NCBI GenBank assembly: GCA_903829815.1
Contig: CAIKRR010000005.1
Location: forward strand, 506 to 64,505
DNA length: 64,000 nucleotides
Source: an uncultured Pseudomonadota bacterium
GTDB taxonomy: Bacteria > Pseudomonadota > Gammaproteobacteria > Burkholderiales > SG8-39
Direction: 5' to 3'
A program made the translations under genes and the position numbers. The notes under the pieces were generated by a model. That model had not been told where the DNA came from, did no database searches, and saw nothing but the letters and a program-made list of their open reading frames with translations. Each line of letters begins with the position of its first letter. Positions within the stretch are counted from its first letter, which is position 1. Below are positions 51,081 to 61,668 of the stretch, one piece after another.

Positions 51081-51608
51081 TCAGTCCTGTGCGCTCACCA
51101 ACTCGCGCAGGCGCAAGCCGGTGATCAGGTAGACCTGTTCGAGGCAGGCACGCTCTTCGGCTGCCTGATCAAGCGCGAGCCTGCGCTCGAACTCGCTGAA
51201 GATGCGCGCCTTGGTGTTGAGTCGCACCGCGATGATGAAGGGAAAGCCGAAGCGCTCGGCATGGACCTGGTTCATGCGGCTGATGTGATCCATCTCGGCA
51301 CGGCTCAGTGCATCGAGACCAGCGGCAGCCTGTTCGCGTGTCGATTCCGGGGTCAGTTCACCGGCGAGGGCTTCGCGCCCGGCCAGCGCCGGGTGCGCGA
51401 CGAGCAGTGCCCGCTGCTCGGGCGCAGAGGCCTGGCGAACCACTGCGCACATGGCCTGATGGAGTGCTTCGATCGAGGCAAACGGGCGTGCTGTCAATGA
51501 GCGCTCGGCAATCCAGGGCGAGTGCTCGAACACACGCCCGAAGACCCGCGAGAATTCGCGGCTCTCCATCCGGTTGATCTGGTCGAGCGTCAGTGCAGGG
51601 GCGGTCAT
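51081..51608 (-). CDS. uraD: OHCU decarboxylase
   Basis: FEHSPWIA, AHPAL, STREQAAAGL, FGFPFIIAV. Confidence 0.93.
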   Translation of the reverse strand: MTAPALTLDQINRMESREFSRVFGRVFEHSPWIAERSLTARPFASIEALHQAMCAVVRQASAPEQRALLVAHPALAGREALAGELTPESTREQAAAGLDALSRAEMDHISRMNQVHAERFGFPFIIAVRLNTKARIFSEFERRLALDQAAEERACLEQVYLITGLRLRELVSAQD

Positions 51609-51690
51609 TGCGGGCTGATCGTGTGGTTGAAACAGGCGAGAACTGATTATAGTCGCGGCATTCGATCGCTCATCCGCAGCCGGAGTTCCA

Positions 51691-52614
51691 ATGACCCATT
51701 ACCCGCGTGATCTGATCGGCTATGGCGAACAGGTGCCCCACGCCGACTGGCCGGGCCATGCGCGCATCGCCGTGCAATTTGTACTCAATTACGAGGAGGG
51801 CGGCGAGAACTGCGTGCTGCATGGCGACGCCGGTTCCGAGCAGTTTCTGTCCGAGATCATCGGCGCGGCGTCCTATCCGGCGCGTCACATGAGCATGGAG
51901 TCGATCTACGAGTACGGCTCGCGTGCCGGGGTCTGGCGCATCCTGCGTGAATTCAAGCGGCGCGGCTTGCCACTCACCGTGTTCGGGGTCGGCATGGCGC
52001 TCGAACGTCACCCCGATCTGGCCGCTGCGATGGTCGAGCACGGGCACGAGATTGCCTGCCACGGCTGGCGCTGGATTCATTACCAGGATGCCGATCCGGC
52101 CCTGGAGCGCGAGCACATGCGCCTGGGTACCGAGGCCATTCGCACGCTCACCGGCGGCCAGTGGCCCTTGGGCTGGTACACCGGGCGCGACAGCCCCAAC
52201 ACCCGGCGCTTGCTGGTCGAGGCGGGTGGCTTCGAGTACGACAGCGACTACTACGGCGATGATCTGCCGTTCTGGACCCCGGTGCAGACCGCTGCCGGTG
52301 AGCGCGTGCAGCATCTGGTCGTACCCTACACGCTCGACACCAATGACATGCGCTTCGCCACCCCCGGCGGGTTCAATAGCGGCGAGCAGTTTCTGGCCTA
52401 TCTGCGCGACGCTTTCGACGTGCTCTATGCCGAGGGTGCCCAGGCGCCGAAGATGCTCTCGATCGGTCTGCATTGTCGGCTGATCGGCCGGCCTGGCCGA
52501 TTCGCTGCGCTGCAGCGCTTTCTGGATCACATCGAGCGCCACGACCGTGTCTGGGTGTGTCGTCGCATCGACATCGCACGCCACTGGAAGGCGCGGCACC
52601 CTGCCGCGGGCTGA
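51691..52614 (+). CDS. puuE: Allantoinase PuuE (polysaccharide deacetylase fold)
   Basis: YPRDLIGYG, LNYEEGGE, ESIYEYGSRAG, HGWRW, GWYTGR, LHCRLIGRPGR. Confidence 0.95.
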   Translation: MTHYPRDLIGYGEQVPHADWPGHARIAVQFVLNYEEGGENCVLHGDAGSEQFLSEIIGAASYPARHMSMESIYEYGSRAGVWRILREFKRRGLPLTVFGVGMALERHPDLAAAMVEHGHEIACHGWRWIHYQDADPALEREHMRLGTEAIRTLTGGQWPLGWYTGRDSPNTRRLLVEAGGFEYDSDYYGDDLPFWTPVQTAAGERVQHLVVPYTLDTNDMRFATPGGFNSGEQFLAYLRDAFDVLYAEGAQAPKMLSIGLHCRLIGRPGRFAALQRFLDHIERHDRVWVCRRIDIARHWKARHPAAG

Positions 52615-52733
52615 ACCCGCGGCGTCAAAACCGTGGGGTCAGGGCTTCCCCTGTGCGGTCGGTCCTGCCCTGGAGTCGGGGCTTGCCCGGTGAGGCTCGA
52701 CGCGTTGACCCTCGTCGGGTCTTCTTCGTCGGT

Positions 52734-53507
52734 TCAGACCAGACTGAGGCTCACCCGCCCGAGCGTGCCGGGTGCACCGACATAGCGTTCGCCCGCGGCG
52801 CCCTCGATCAGCCCGCTGCAGGAACCGGTGGTGACGATGTCACCCGCCCTGATCGGCCGACCGCGCGCGGCTGCATGTGGCCCGAGCCACGCCAGGAGCC
52901 GTCGCACGTCACCGGCCGTGTTGGCGCCGCGACGGCGTGTGACCTCGGTGCCGTTGCAGTTGAGTACCGCTTCGAGTGTGGTCGAATCGATGTCGGCCGG
53001 GTTGATGCCGGGCACCGGCGCGCCCACCACCAGGACGCCGTGCGAGCCCAGGTCGGCCAGTTGTTCAAGCGCTCTGCGGGTACGCCACTGGCTGTAGCGC
53101 GATGCGACGATTTCCATCGTCGGTCGCACCGCGGCAACGGCTGCGATGATCCGCTCGAAGGTACAGGCTGCCGGGTCAGCCGGCAGGTCTTCGCCGAACT
53201 CGAACCCGATCTCGACCTCCAGGCCTCGAAACCCGAACTGCGCAGCCTCGATGCGCGCGCCATCGGCGAGCACACACGCGCGCGGCAGCATCGAGCAGCC
53301 AGGTTCCGACTGTGCGTCGGGGGCGCCGACCTTCCAGCCCGCATGCCCGCCCAGTCGGTCGACGAGCGCGGACTGCAAGGCATAGGCGGCCGCGCTCGAG
53401 GTGGGCTGCAAGCCCTGGGGCAAGCCCTCGAGCAACGTGTGCGAACGCCAGGCGGCCTCGAGCAGGTCGACCGCCGCTGCCTGCGCGGCGACCGAGTCGG
53501 GTGTCAC
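52734..53507 (-). CDS. FAH-superfamily 2-keto-4-pentenoate hydratase-like protein
   Basis: [30 protein letters not shown]; GTGA overlap with argG. Confidence 0.82.
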   Translation of the reverse strand: MTPDSVAAQAAAVDLLEAAWRSHTLLEGLPQGLQPTSSAAAYALQSALVDRLGGHAGWKVGAPDAQSEPGCSMLPRACVLADGARIEAAQFGFRGLEVEIGFEFGEDLPADPAACTFERIIAAVAAVRPTMEIVASRYSQWRTRRALEQLADLGSHGVLVVGAPVPGINPADIDSTTLEAVLNCNGTEVTRRRGANTAGDVRRLLAWLGPHAAARGRPIRAGDIVTTGSCSGLIEGAAGERYVGAPGTLGRVSLSLV

Positions 53508-54736
53508 TTCTTCGGGCGGCGCTTGGCGCCCAGATTGGCGGCGATGCGCAGGCGCAGCGCATTCAGCTTGATGAAGCCCGCCGCATCGGCCTGGTTGTAG
53601 GCGCCACCATCATCATCGAAGGTGGAGATGGCCGGGTCAAAGAGCGAATCGGTCTTCGACTCACGGCCGGTGACGAGGACCGTGCCCTTGTAGAGCTTGA
53701 GCCGGACACGGCCGTTGACCGGCACTTGCGACTGATCGATGAGCGACTGCAGCAGCACCCGTTCGGGGCTGAACCAGTAGCCGTTGTAGACAAGGCGCGC
53801 GTAACGCGACATCAGGTCGTCTTTCAGCGCCAGCACCTCGCGATCGAGCGTGATCGACTCCATCGCGCGGTGAGCGCGCAGCATGATGGTGCCGCCCGGG
53901 GTTTCATAGCAGCCGCGCGATTTCATGCCGACATAGCGGTTCTCGACCATGTCGAGACGCCCGATGCCGTGCGCACCACCGATGCGGTTCAGTTCGGTGA
54001 GCACCTTGGCTGCGCTCATCTTGCGGCCGTTGACCGCCACGATGTCGCCGTGCTGGTAGCGCAGTTCGAGCATCTCGGGCTTGGCCGGCGCCTTCTCGGG
54101 CGACACGGTGATCCGCCACATCGAGTCTTCGGGTTCGAAGTCGGGGTCTTCGAGCACGCCGCCTTCATACGAGATGTGCAGCAGGTTGGCGTCCATCGAA
54201 TAGGGCGCGCCCCCCTTTCGCTTCTTGAAGTCGACCGGGATGCCGTTCTTGTCGGCATAGGCAAGGAGCTTTTCTCGCGAGAGCAGGTCCCATTCGCGCC
54301 AGGGGGCGATGACCTTCACGTTGGGCATCAGCGCATAGGCGCCCAGTTCGAAGCGCACCTGATCATTGCCCTTGCCGGTCGCACCGTGCGAGATGGCGTC
54401 TGCATCAACCTGACGCGCGATCTCCACGAGGCGCTTGGCGATCAGCGGGCGCGCGATCGAGGTGCCGAGCAGGTATTCGCCTTCGTAGACTGCGTTGGCG
54501 CGGAACATCGGAAACACGAAGTCGCGCACGAACTCCTCGCGCAGATCCTCGATGAAGATCTGCTTCACGCCCATCATCTGCGCCTTCTTGCGCGCCGGGG
54601 CCACTTCCTCGCCCTGGCCGATGTCGGCGGTGAAGGTGATGACCTCGCAGCCGTAGGTGTCCTGCAGCCACTTCAGGATCACCGAGGTGTCCAGGCCGCC
54701 CGAGTAGGCAAGCACGACCTTCTTGATATCGCTCAT
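53504..54736 (-). CDS. argG: Argininosuccinate synthase
   Basis: [33 protein letters not shown]. Confidence 0.98.
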   Translation of the reverse strand: MSDIKKVVLAYSGGLDTSVILKWLQDTYGCEVITFTADIGQGEEVAPARKKAQMMGVKQIFIEDLREEFVRDFVFPMFRANAVYEGEYLLGTSIARPLIAKRLVEIARQVDADAISHGATGKGNDQVRFELGAYALMPNVKVIAPWREWDLLSREKLLAYADKNGIPVDFKKRKGGAPYSMDANLLHISYEGGVLEDPDFEPEDSMWRITVSPEKAPAKPEMLELRYQHGDIVAVNGRKMSAAKVLTELNRIGGAHGIGRLDMVENRYVGMKSRGCYETPGGTIMLRAHRAMESITLDREVLALKDDLMSRYARLVYNGYWFSPERVLLQSLIDQSQVPVNGRVRLKLYKGTVLVTGRESKTDSLFDPAISTFDDDGGAYNQADAAGFIKLNALRLRIAANLGAKRRPKK

Positions 54737-55665
54737 GAGTTCTGCTTTCCAATGACCAGAAATTCAAGGAGTGCCTTCTGGGTGTGCAGCCGGTTCTCGG
54801 CCTCCTCCCAGACGACGCTGTGCGGGCCGTCGATCACCTCGGCGGCCACTTCCTCGCCACGGTGGGCGGGCAGGCAGTGCATGAAGAGCGCTTCGGGCGA
54901 TGCGGCGCGCATCATGTCGGCATCGACCTGCCAGTCCTGGAAGTCGCGCAATCGCTCGTCGTTCTCGGCTTCGAACCCCATGCTGGTCCACACGTCGGTG
55001 GTTACCAGATCGGCACCACGCACCGCGTCCATCGGGTCGGCAAACGATTCGTAGAACCGGTCATCGTAGACCCCAGCGCGCTCGGCTTCCACCTCATAGC
55101 CGGGCGGCGTAGAGACATGCACGTTGAAACCGAACACCGTGGCTGCCTGCAGCCAGGTGTTGCACACATTGTTCGAGTCGCCGATCCAGGCCACGGTCTT
55201 GCCCTCGATCGACCCGCGGTGCTCGATGTAGGTGAAGATGTCGGCAAGAATCTGGCAGGGGTGATACTCGTTGGTCAGACCATTGATCACCGGCACCCGC
55301 GAGTTGCGTGCGAAGCGCTCGAGGATCTCCTGCTCGAAGGTGCGGATCATCACGATGTCGGACATGCGCGAGATCACCTGCGCCGCGTCTTCGACCGGTT
55401 CGCCCCGTCCCAGTTGCGAGTCGCGCGTCGACAGGAAGATGGCCGCCCCGCCCAGTTGCTGCATGCCGGCTTCGAACGAGAGGCGGGTACGGGTCGAGTT
55501 CTTCTCGAAGATCATCACCAGGGTGCGGTCCTGCAATGGCCAGTACCGTTCATAACGCTTGAAGCGGTCCTTGATCCAGCGGGTGCGCTCGAACAGGTGC
55601 AGGTATTCCTGCAGATCGAAGTCGAGAAACTGGAGATAGTGCCGGCTCGGGCTCAAGGGACGCAC
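54733..55665 (-). CDS. argF: Ornithine carbamoyltransferase
   Basis: [26 protein letters not shown]. Confidence 0.97.
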   Translation of the reverse strand: MRPLSPSRHYLQFLDFDLQEYLHLFERTRWIKDRFKRYERYWPLQDRTLVMIFEKNSTRTRLSFEAGMQQLGGAAIFLSTRDSQLGRGEPVEDAAQVISRMSDIVMIRTFEQEILERFARNSRVPVINGLTNEYHPCQILADIFTYIEHRGSIEGKTVAWIGDSNNVCNTWLQAATVFGFNVHVSTPPGYEVEAERAGVYDDRFYESFADPMDAVRGADLVTTDVWTSMGFEAENDERLRDFQDWQVDADMMRAASPEALFMHCLPAHRGEEVAAEVIDGPHSVVWEEAENRLHTQKALLEFLVIGKQNS

Positions 55666-55671
55666 TCCGGA

Positions 55672-56853
55672 TCAGGCGGGTGTGCTGGCAAAGGCACGAA
55701 TGATCTGTGCGAGGCGTGCCACCAGTTCGTGGGCTTCGGTCGCCGACAGGATGAGGGGCGGCAAGAGGCGAACCACGTTGTCGCGTGTCACGTTGATGAG
55801 CAGGCCCGCCTTCAGCGCGATGCCCACCAGCGCGCCGCACGGGCGATCGAGTTCGATCCCGATCATGAGGCCCATGCCACGGATGGCCTGTACCGCGTTC
55901 ACATCGGCCAGCATCGCGCCCAGCGCGGTGCGGATCTGCTCGCCACGCTCGGCCGCATTGGCCAGCAGCCCTTCGTCTTCCATGATCGAGAGGGTCTCGA
56001 TGGCAGCCCGGCAGGCCAATGGCCCGCCGCCAAAGGTGGAGCCATGGTTGCCCGGTTTGAACAGGCCTGCAGCGAGCCCTGCCGTCATGGCAGCCCCGAT
56101 GGGTACGCCTGACCCCAGGCCCTTGGCCAGGGTGACGACATCGGGTTGTACATTGAAGTGCTGGTAGCCGAACCAGGTGCCGGTGCGTCCGATGCCTGAC
56201 TGCACTTCATCGAGCATGAAGAGCCAGCCGCGATCGCGACAGAGCGCCGCAGCGCCTTCGACATAGGCCTTGCCGGCCACATGAATGCCACCTTCGCCTT
56301 GCAGCACTTCCATCAGTACGGCGACGATATCGGGGTTGGCATTGGTGGCCGCCTCCAGCGCCGCGAGGTCGTTGTAGGGTACGCGCAGGAAGCCTTCGGG
56401 CATCGGGCCGAATCCGGCCTGCGCCTTGGCGCTGCCGGTGGCCGCCAGCGTGGCGATGGTGCGTCCGTGCCAGGCATGTTCCATCACGATGATGGTGGGG
56501 CAGGCGATGCCCTTCTGGTGGCCGTGCATGCGCGCGAGCTTGATCGCGGCCTCGTTGGCTTCGGCACCCGAGGAGCAGAAGAAGACTTCGTTCATGCCCG
56601 AGAGCGCGCACAGTCGGTCGGCCAGGGTTTCCTGGTGCCGGATACCATAGATGTTCGAGGTGTGGATGAGGCGCGCTGCCTGATCGGCGATGGCGGCCAC
56701 CAGTCGCGGATGGCCATGGCCGACGCCGTTGACCGCGATGCCAGCCAGCGCGTCGAGGTAGCGATTGCCGTCCTCGTCCCAGAGCCAGACGCCCTTGCCG
56801 TGACTGAGGGTCACCGGTTGACGGGCATAGGTATTCATCACATGCGATGTCAT
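55672..56853 (-). CDS. argD: Acetylornithine aminotransferase
   Basis: SGAEANE, HGRT, QGEGG, DEVQSG, LAKGLG, HGSTFGG. Confidence 0.95.
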   Translation of the reverse strand: MTSHVMNTYARQPVTLSHGKGVWLWDEDGNRYLDALAGIAVNGVGHGHPRLVAAIADQAARLIHTSNIYGIRHQETLADRLCALSGMNEVFFCSSGAEANEAAIKLARMHGHQKGIACPTIIVMEHAWHGRTIATLAATGSAKAQAGFGPMPEGFLRVPYNDLAALEAATNANPDIVAVLMEVLQGEGGIHVAGKAYVEGAAALCRDRGWLFMLDEVQSGIGRTGTWFGYQHFNVQPDVVTLAKGLGSGVPIGAAMTAGLAAGLFKPGNHGSTFGGGPLACRAAIETLSIMEDEGLLANAAERGEQIRTALGAMLADVNAVQAIRGMGLMIGIELDRPCGALVGIALKAGLLINVTRDNVVRLLPPLILSATEAHELVARLAQIIRAFASTPA

Positions 56854-57015
56854 CGCGACCTCGGAGGAGTCAGGGGCGGCGGTGGATCATCGCCGCAAAC
56901 CCTGCATTTTAACATGCCGCTGGCACGTCCCCGGCGAGTGCCTCGCTCTCGCCGTGGTTCAGTCTGGCAAGGACGCTCCGGCCCGTCAGGCTGCGGCCGC
57001 TGCCTCTGTCACTGC

Positions 57016-57292
57016 CGAGCGTGAGGACTTCATCATCATCGGTCGCACGCGGGCTGGCGCATCGCGTCGCCCCGATGACTGGGCCGAGTGTCTGTTCGGG
57101 ATGATGTCACCGTCTGGAGGCGACGGGTACAGGGTGTATTCGCCGCACGTTCAGCCGCCGACCCTCGAGGACATCCGTGTTGTCTCGGTGAGCGCCCGCC
57201 CACGAACGGCAGCCCCACCGGCGTGACATTTCCTGCCCGGTCTCACACGTGACGACGCGTCACAGGTGCAAGGCACCGGCTCTGCGGCATGA
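57016..57292 (+). pseudogene. DUF3579-family pseudogene (in-frame TGA at 57224-57226, no clear start)
   Basis: FIIIGRT...RPDDWAECLFGMMS...YSPHVQP...VVSVSAR; similarity continues past the stop as HFL...RDD..QV; located between argD and rpsT. Confidence 0.65.
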
Positions 57293-57304
57293 CGCACAAC
57301 AGGA

Positions 57305-57319
57305 CCCGCAGGGTGCGGG
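57305..57319 (-). terminator. Possible rpsT terminator hairpin
   Basis: CCCGCA-GGG-TGCGGG stem just 3' of the rpsT stop; U-tract is weak. Confidence 0.3.
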
Positions 57320-57331
57320 CCCGGCTCGGAC

Positions 57332-57598
57332 TCAGGCAGCGAGTGCCTTGATCTGGCGCGACAGCCGGCTCTTGTGCCGGGCAGCGGTGTTCTTGTGCAC
57401 GATGTCCTTGTCGGCGATCTTGTCGATCACGCTGGTCGAGGCGCGGAAAATCGCCTCGGCTGCCACCTTGTCGCCAGCGGCGATGGCAGCGCGGACCTTC
57501 TTGATCGTCGTGCGCAAGGTCGAGCGCAGCGAAGAATTGTGTTGACGGCGGCGTTCGGACTGACGCGCACGTTTGCGAGCTTGGGCAGTATTGGCCAT
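57332..57598 (-). CDS. rpsT: 30S ribosomal protein S20
   Basis: [13 protein letters not shown]...[12 protein letters not shown]. Confidence 0.98.
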   Translation of the reverse strand: MANTAQARKRARQSERRRQHNSSLRSTLRTTIKKVRAAIAAGDKVAAEAIFRASTSVIDKIADKDIVHKNTAARHKSRLSRQIKALAA

Positions 57599-57715
57599 GG
57601 AGAGGTCAGTAGTGGTTGACACGCACGGAGCGCAGAACCCGGCAGTATATCCACCGGCGAGCCCTGAGGCAAACGGGTTCGGGACATTGGTTGGAAAAGA
57701 GCGACAATCGCGGCC

Positions 57716-59254
57716 ATGAATCTGCTCAGAACCCTTGCAACCGTCAGTGGCATGACGCTCGTGTCGCGCGTGCTCGGGTTTTTGCGGGACGCGATCATTG
57801 CCCACCTGTTCGGTGCCGGCGCAGCCACCGACGCCTTCTTCGTGGCGTTTCGCATCCCCAACCTGTTGCGCCGACTGTTTGCCGAGGGCGCTTTCTCGCA
57901 AGCCTTCGTGCCCATCCTCGCCCAGACGCGCGAGGGCGAGGGCGAGGTTGCCGTGCGCCGTCTCATTGATGGAGTGGCCGGCACGCTGGCGCTGGCGCTG
58001 CTTGCCACCAGTCTGGCGGGCATGTTGGCTGCACCCTGGGTCATCCGCCTCACCGCGCCGGGTTTTCTGGACACCCCGGCGCGTTTCGATCTCACGGTCC
58101 AGATGTTGCGCATCACATTCCCCTACATCCTCTTCATTTCGCTCACCGCCTTCGCGGGCGCCATCCTCAACACCTGGAGCCGGTTTGCGGTGCCGGCGTT
58201 CACGCCTTCGCTGCTCAACATCGCATTCATCATGGGGGCCTGCGTGGCAGCGCCCTGGTTCGACCCGCCGGTCAAGGTGTTGGCCTGGTCGGCCTGTGTC
58301 GGTGGAGTGCTCCAACTCGGGCTGCAGGGGGCGGCCCTGGCCCGACTGGGGCTCTTGCCACGTCTGGTCCGGGCGCCGTGGCGAGTGCCGGGCGTTCGCC
58401 GGGTGATGCGTCAGATGACGCCGGCGCTGCTGGGCGTGTCGGTGGCGCAGGTGAGCCTGCTGCTCAATACGGTCTTTGCCTCGTGGCTGGCGCCGGGGAG
58501 CGTGAGCTGGTTGAACTACGCCGATCGACTGATGGAGTTTCCTGCCGGTCTGCTTGGGGCGGCGCTGGGCACCATTTTGCTGCCTAGTCTGTCGCGTCGT
58601 CATGCGAGCGCTGACGCCGCAGGCTACTCGCGCCTGCTCGACTGGGGGCTGCGCATGACGCTCCTGCTTGCCTTGCCATCGGCACTGGGGCTGGCACTGC
58701 TCGCAGGACCCCTGGTGGCCACCCTCTTCCTCCACGGTCAGTTCGAGGTGCACGATCTGCTGATGACCCGTGCCGCACTGATTGCCTACAGCATCGGGCT
58801 GGTGGGCCTCATTCTGGTCAAGGTGCTGGCACCGGCCTTCTATGCTCGGCAGGACATCCGCACCCCGGTACGCATTGCCATCCTCACCCTCGTACTCACC
58901 CAGTTGATGAATCTGCTGCTGGTGGGCTGGCTGCAGCATGCCGGGCTTGCCCTGTCCATCGGGCTGGGGGCCTGCCTCAATGCCACCGTGCTCTTTGTCC
59001 TCTTGCGCCGGCGTGGGATCTTTGCACCGGAGCCAGGCTGGCTCGGCTTTGCCTGGCGCATTGGCGTTGCAATGGCGGTGATGGCGCTCGTGCTGGTCCT
59101 TGCGGTACCTGCGCTGCCCTGGTGGCTGGCCGCTTCCAGCGTGTGGCGGGCCATGGCGTTGGGGCTGGTGGTTGCAGCCGGGGGCGGTGCCTATCTGGGG
59201 GTTCTCGGTCTGTTGGGTTTCAGGCCCCGCGACTTTGCCCGCCAGATGGATTGA
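57716..59254 (+). CDS. murJ: Lipid II flippase MurJ
   Basis: [51 protein letters not shown]. Confidence 0.97.
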   Translation: MNLLRTLATVSGMTLVSRVLGFLRDAIIAHLFGAGAATDAFFVAFRIPNLLRRLFAEGAFSQAFVPILAQTREGEGEVAVRRLIDGVAGTLALALLATSLAGMLAAPWVIRLTAPGFLDTPARFDLTVQMLRITFPYILFISLTAFAGAILNTWSRFAVPAFTPSLLNIAFIMGACVAAPWFDPPVKVLAWSACVGGVLQLGLQGAALARLGLLPRLVRAPWRVPGVRRVMRQMTPALLGVSVAQVSLLLNTVFASWLAPGSVSWLNYADRLMEFPAGLLGAALGTILLPSLSRRHASADAAGYSRLLDWGLRMTLLLALPSALGLALLAGPLVATLFLHGQFEVHDLLMTRAALIAYSIGLVGLILVKVLAPAFYARQDIRTPVRIAILTLVLTQLMNLLLVGWLQHAGLALSIGLGACLNATVLFVLLRRRGIFAPEPGWLGFAWRIGVAMAVMALVLVLAVPALPWWLAASSVWRAMALGLVVAAGGGAYLGVLGLLGFRPRDFARQMD

Positions 59255-59340
59255 GCCTGTCCGCGCAGCGTCGCTCGAGCGCAGCCGTCCTGGCCTTAAC
59301 CGACCCCGGTCTCACGAGCGCCGCTGCCTGCTCGCGGTGC

Positions 59341-60681
59341 TCAGCGACCGGCGATCGTCATGCCTTCGACCAGAATCGACCCGTTGCTGCGCGAGCCGCG
59401 CACCAGCGTGTCGCGCCCAATCGCGGCGATGCCCCGGAACATGTCGCGCAGATTGCCGGCGATCGTGACCTCTTCGACCGGGTGGCGGATGCGTCCGCCC
59501 TGCACCCAGAAGCCGGCCGCGCCGCGCGAGTAGTCGCCGGTGACCGAGTTGACGCCCTGGCCCATCAGGTCGGTGACGAGGAGCCCGGTGCCCATCTCGC
59601 GCAGCAGCCCCTCGAGGTCGTGCTCGCCCGGGGCGAGGATCAGGTTATGCGAGCCCCCGGCATTGCCGGTGGTTTGCATGCCCAGCTTGCGGGCCGAATA
59701 AGTGCCCAGAAAATAGCCGCGCACGACGCCCGCCTGCACCACATCGCGCGCCCGCGTCGTGACGCCATCATCATCGAAACAGCCTGAGGCGAGGCCACGC
59801 GGAATGTGCGGGTCTTCGCGCAGGTTGACGATTGGCGAGAAGACCTGGGTATCGAGCGAGTCGAGCAGGAACGACGACTTGCGGTACAGGCTGCCGCCGC
59901 TTACCGCGCCGATGAAATGGCCGATGAGGCCTGCCGCCACCGGTGCCTCGAACAGGATGGGTACTCGACGCGTGCTCAGGCTGCGACTGCGCAGGCGCGC
60001 CAGGGTACGCCTGCCAGCATACTCACCGATGGCCGCCGGGTCGGGCAGGTCGACGGCCGCGCGTGCGCTCCCATACCAGTCGTCACGCTGCATCTGGCCG
60101 CGCTCCGAGGCAATGACCGCACAGGCAATTGAATGCCGCGAGGTCTGATAGCCCTGCAGAAAGCCATTGGAGTTGGCGGCGACGAACTGGTACTGCTGGG
60201 TCGAGACACTCGCCCCGTCTGAGTTGTCGATGCGCGGGTCGAGCCGAAACGCCGCCGCTTCGCAGGCGCGGGCCATCTCGATGGCTTCGTCGGCGGGCAG
60301 ATCCCAGGGGTGATAGAGATCGAGGTCGCGCACTTCGCGCACCAGGAGTTCCGGCTCGGCCAGGCCGTTGGCCTCGTCGCTCGCGGTGTGGCGTGCAATG
60401 GCAAGCGCCGCTGCCACGGTGTCAGCCACTGCTTTCGCCCCCAGATCGGAGGTGCTCGCAAAGCCCGACTGCTTGCCCAGATAGACCGTGACGCCCAGTT
60501 CCTTGTCGCGGTTGTGCTCGATGGTTTCCACTTCGCCCTTGCGCACGGTCACGGTCTGGCCGAATCCTTCCGACACATGCAGGTCGCAGGCACTGGCCCC
60601 GCTGCGGGCGGCGATCTCGAGGGCCTGGCTGGCGATCGAGTGGAGCTGGGGCATCGAGGTGGCGAAGCGCGAATCGGACAT
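59341..60681 (-). CDS. pmbA: Metalloprotease PmbA (TldE)
   Basis: VRKGEVETIEHNRDK, MQRDDWY, LYRKSSFL, MGQGVNSVTGDYSRGA. Confidence 0.95.
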   Translation of the reverse strand: MSDSRFATSMPQLHSIASQALEIAARSGASACDLHVSEGFGQTVTVRKGEVETIEHNRDKELGVTVYLGKQSGFASTSDLGAKAVADTVAAALAIARHTASDEANGLAEPELLVREVRDLDLYHPWDLPADEAIEMARACEAAAFRLDPRIDNSDGASVSTQQYQFVAANSNGFLQGYQTSRHSIACAVIASERGQMQRDDWYGSARAAVDLPDPAAIGEYAGRRTLARLRSRSLSTRRVPILFEAPVAAGLIGHFIGAVSGGSLYRKSSFLLDSLDTQVFSPIVNLREDPHIPRGLASGCFDDDGVTTRARDVVQAGVVRGYFLGTYSARKLGMQTTGNAGGSHNLILAPGEHDLEGLLREMGTGLLVTDLMGQGVNSVTGDYSRGAAGFWVQGGRIRHPVEEVTIAGNLRDMFRGIAAIGRDTLVRGSRSNGSILVEGMTIAGR

Positions 60682-60813
60682 GGCTGGACGGTGAGGGTGG
60701 GGCGCAGGGAAAGCGCGCGAACGCGCCGGGGGATACGGCAGGCACGAGTAAGGCCGGGACGAACACCGGGTTTCGGTATCATAGCAGTGACGATGGATGG
60801 AGCCGGGATTGCG

Positions 60814-61668
60814 ATGCGGGGTTTGCACAAGGGTCGGGCAGCGGTGGCGGGGCCACGCGGGCGGGGCAAGAGTCCGGGGCCGGGGCTTGTCGGGGTTGCT
60901 GCCGCCCAGGCGAATCGCACGCTGGTAGCGGGTGCCGAGCCCGCTGACGCAGCCGATGAGGCCGATGCTGAGGTCAGTCCTCCAGCCCCTGGTGCTGTCC
61001 GTGGTCCCTCCCGCGGTGCTGCCCACGGCGCCCATGATGAAGCCCCCGATGCCGATGCTGCCCTTGAAGGCCCGGCCTGGATGAGGCGACCGAGCAAGAC
61101 CCGCCGCAAGTCAGACATGCATGAACTGCAGGCCCTGGGCGATGTGCTGGTGGGGCTGAGCGATCACCAGTTGTCGCAGATTGCACTGGACGATGAACTG
61201 CTCGATGCGATCAAGGCGGCCCGTGGGATGACACGCCTCGATGAGGCGCGGCGGCGCCAGTTGCAGTATGTGGGCCGACTGATGCGCGATGTCGACCCCG
61301 AGCCCATTCGGGCCCGTATTGCCACCTGGCAGCGCCAGTCAGTGGAGCAGGCACGGGCATTGCACGAGATCGAACGTTGGCGCGAGCGTCTGCTCACCGA
61401 GGAGCCCTCGCTCACCGAGTTTGCCGATCGCTACCGCTTGCGCGACCTGCAGGGGTTTCGCAACACGCTGCGCGAAGCGCGGCGCGAGCGCGCCGACATC
61501 GCCGCTGGCAAGGAACGCTCGCCGCGTCATTACCGCGAACTCTTTCGCCGAGTGCGCGAGGCCATCGCCGCTGCATCAGTCGCGGCTGATGCAGCGGGCG
61601 ACGACATGTCCGAGACCGGGGGCGAGACCGATGCGGGTGACAGTCACCCGGGAGACGCAAACCCATGA
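60814..61668 (+). CDS. yjgA: Ribosome-associated protein YjgA/DarP
   Basis: PSKTRRKSDMHELQALG, RRRQLQYVGRLMR, HEIERWRERL, YRELFR; divergent from pmbA. Start uncertain (60793, 60814 or 61081). Confidence 0.88.
   Translation: MRGLHKGRAAVAGPRGRGKSPGPGLVGVAAAQANRTLVAGAEPADAADEADAEVSPPAPGAVRGPSRGAAHGAHDEAPDADAALEGPAWMRRPSKTRRKSDMHELQALGDVLVGLSDHQLSQIALDDELLDAIKAARGMTRLDEARRRQLQYVGRLMRDVDPEPIRARIATWQRQSVEQARALHEIERWRERLLTEEPSLTEFADRYRLRDLQGFRNTLREARRERADIAAGKERSPRHYRELFRRVREAIAAASVAADAAGDDMSETGGETDAGDSHPGDANP

Noticed and set aside
57332-58939. 535-aa ORF ending in S20 as a fusion protein
   Set aside because: The upstream part is the antisense shadow of murJ; the real rpsT starts at 57598.
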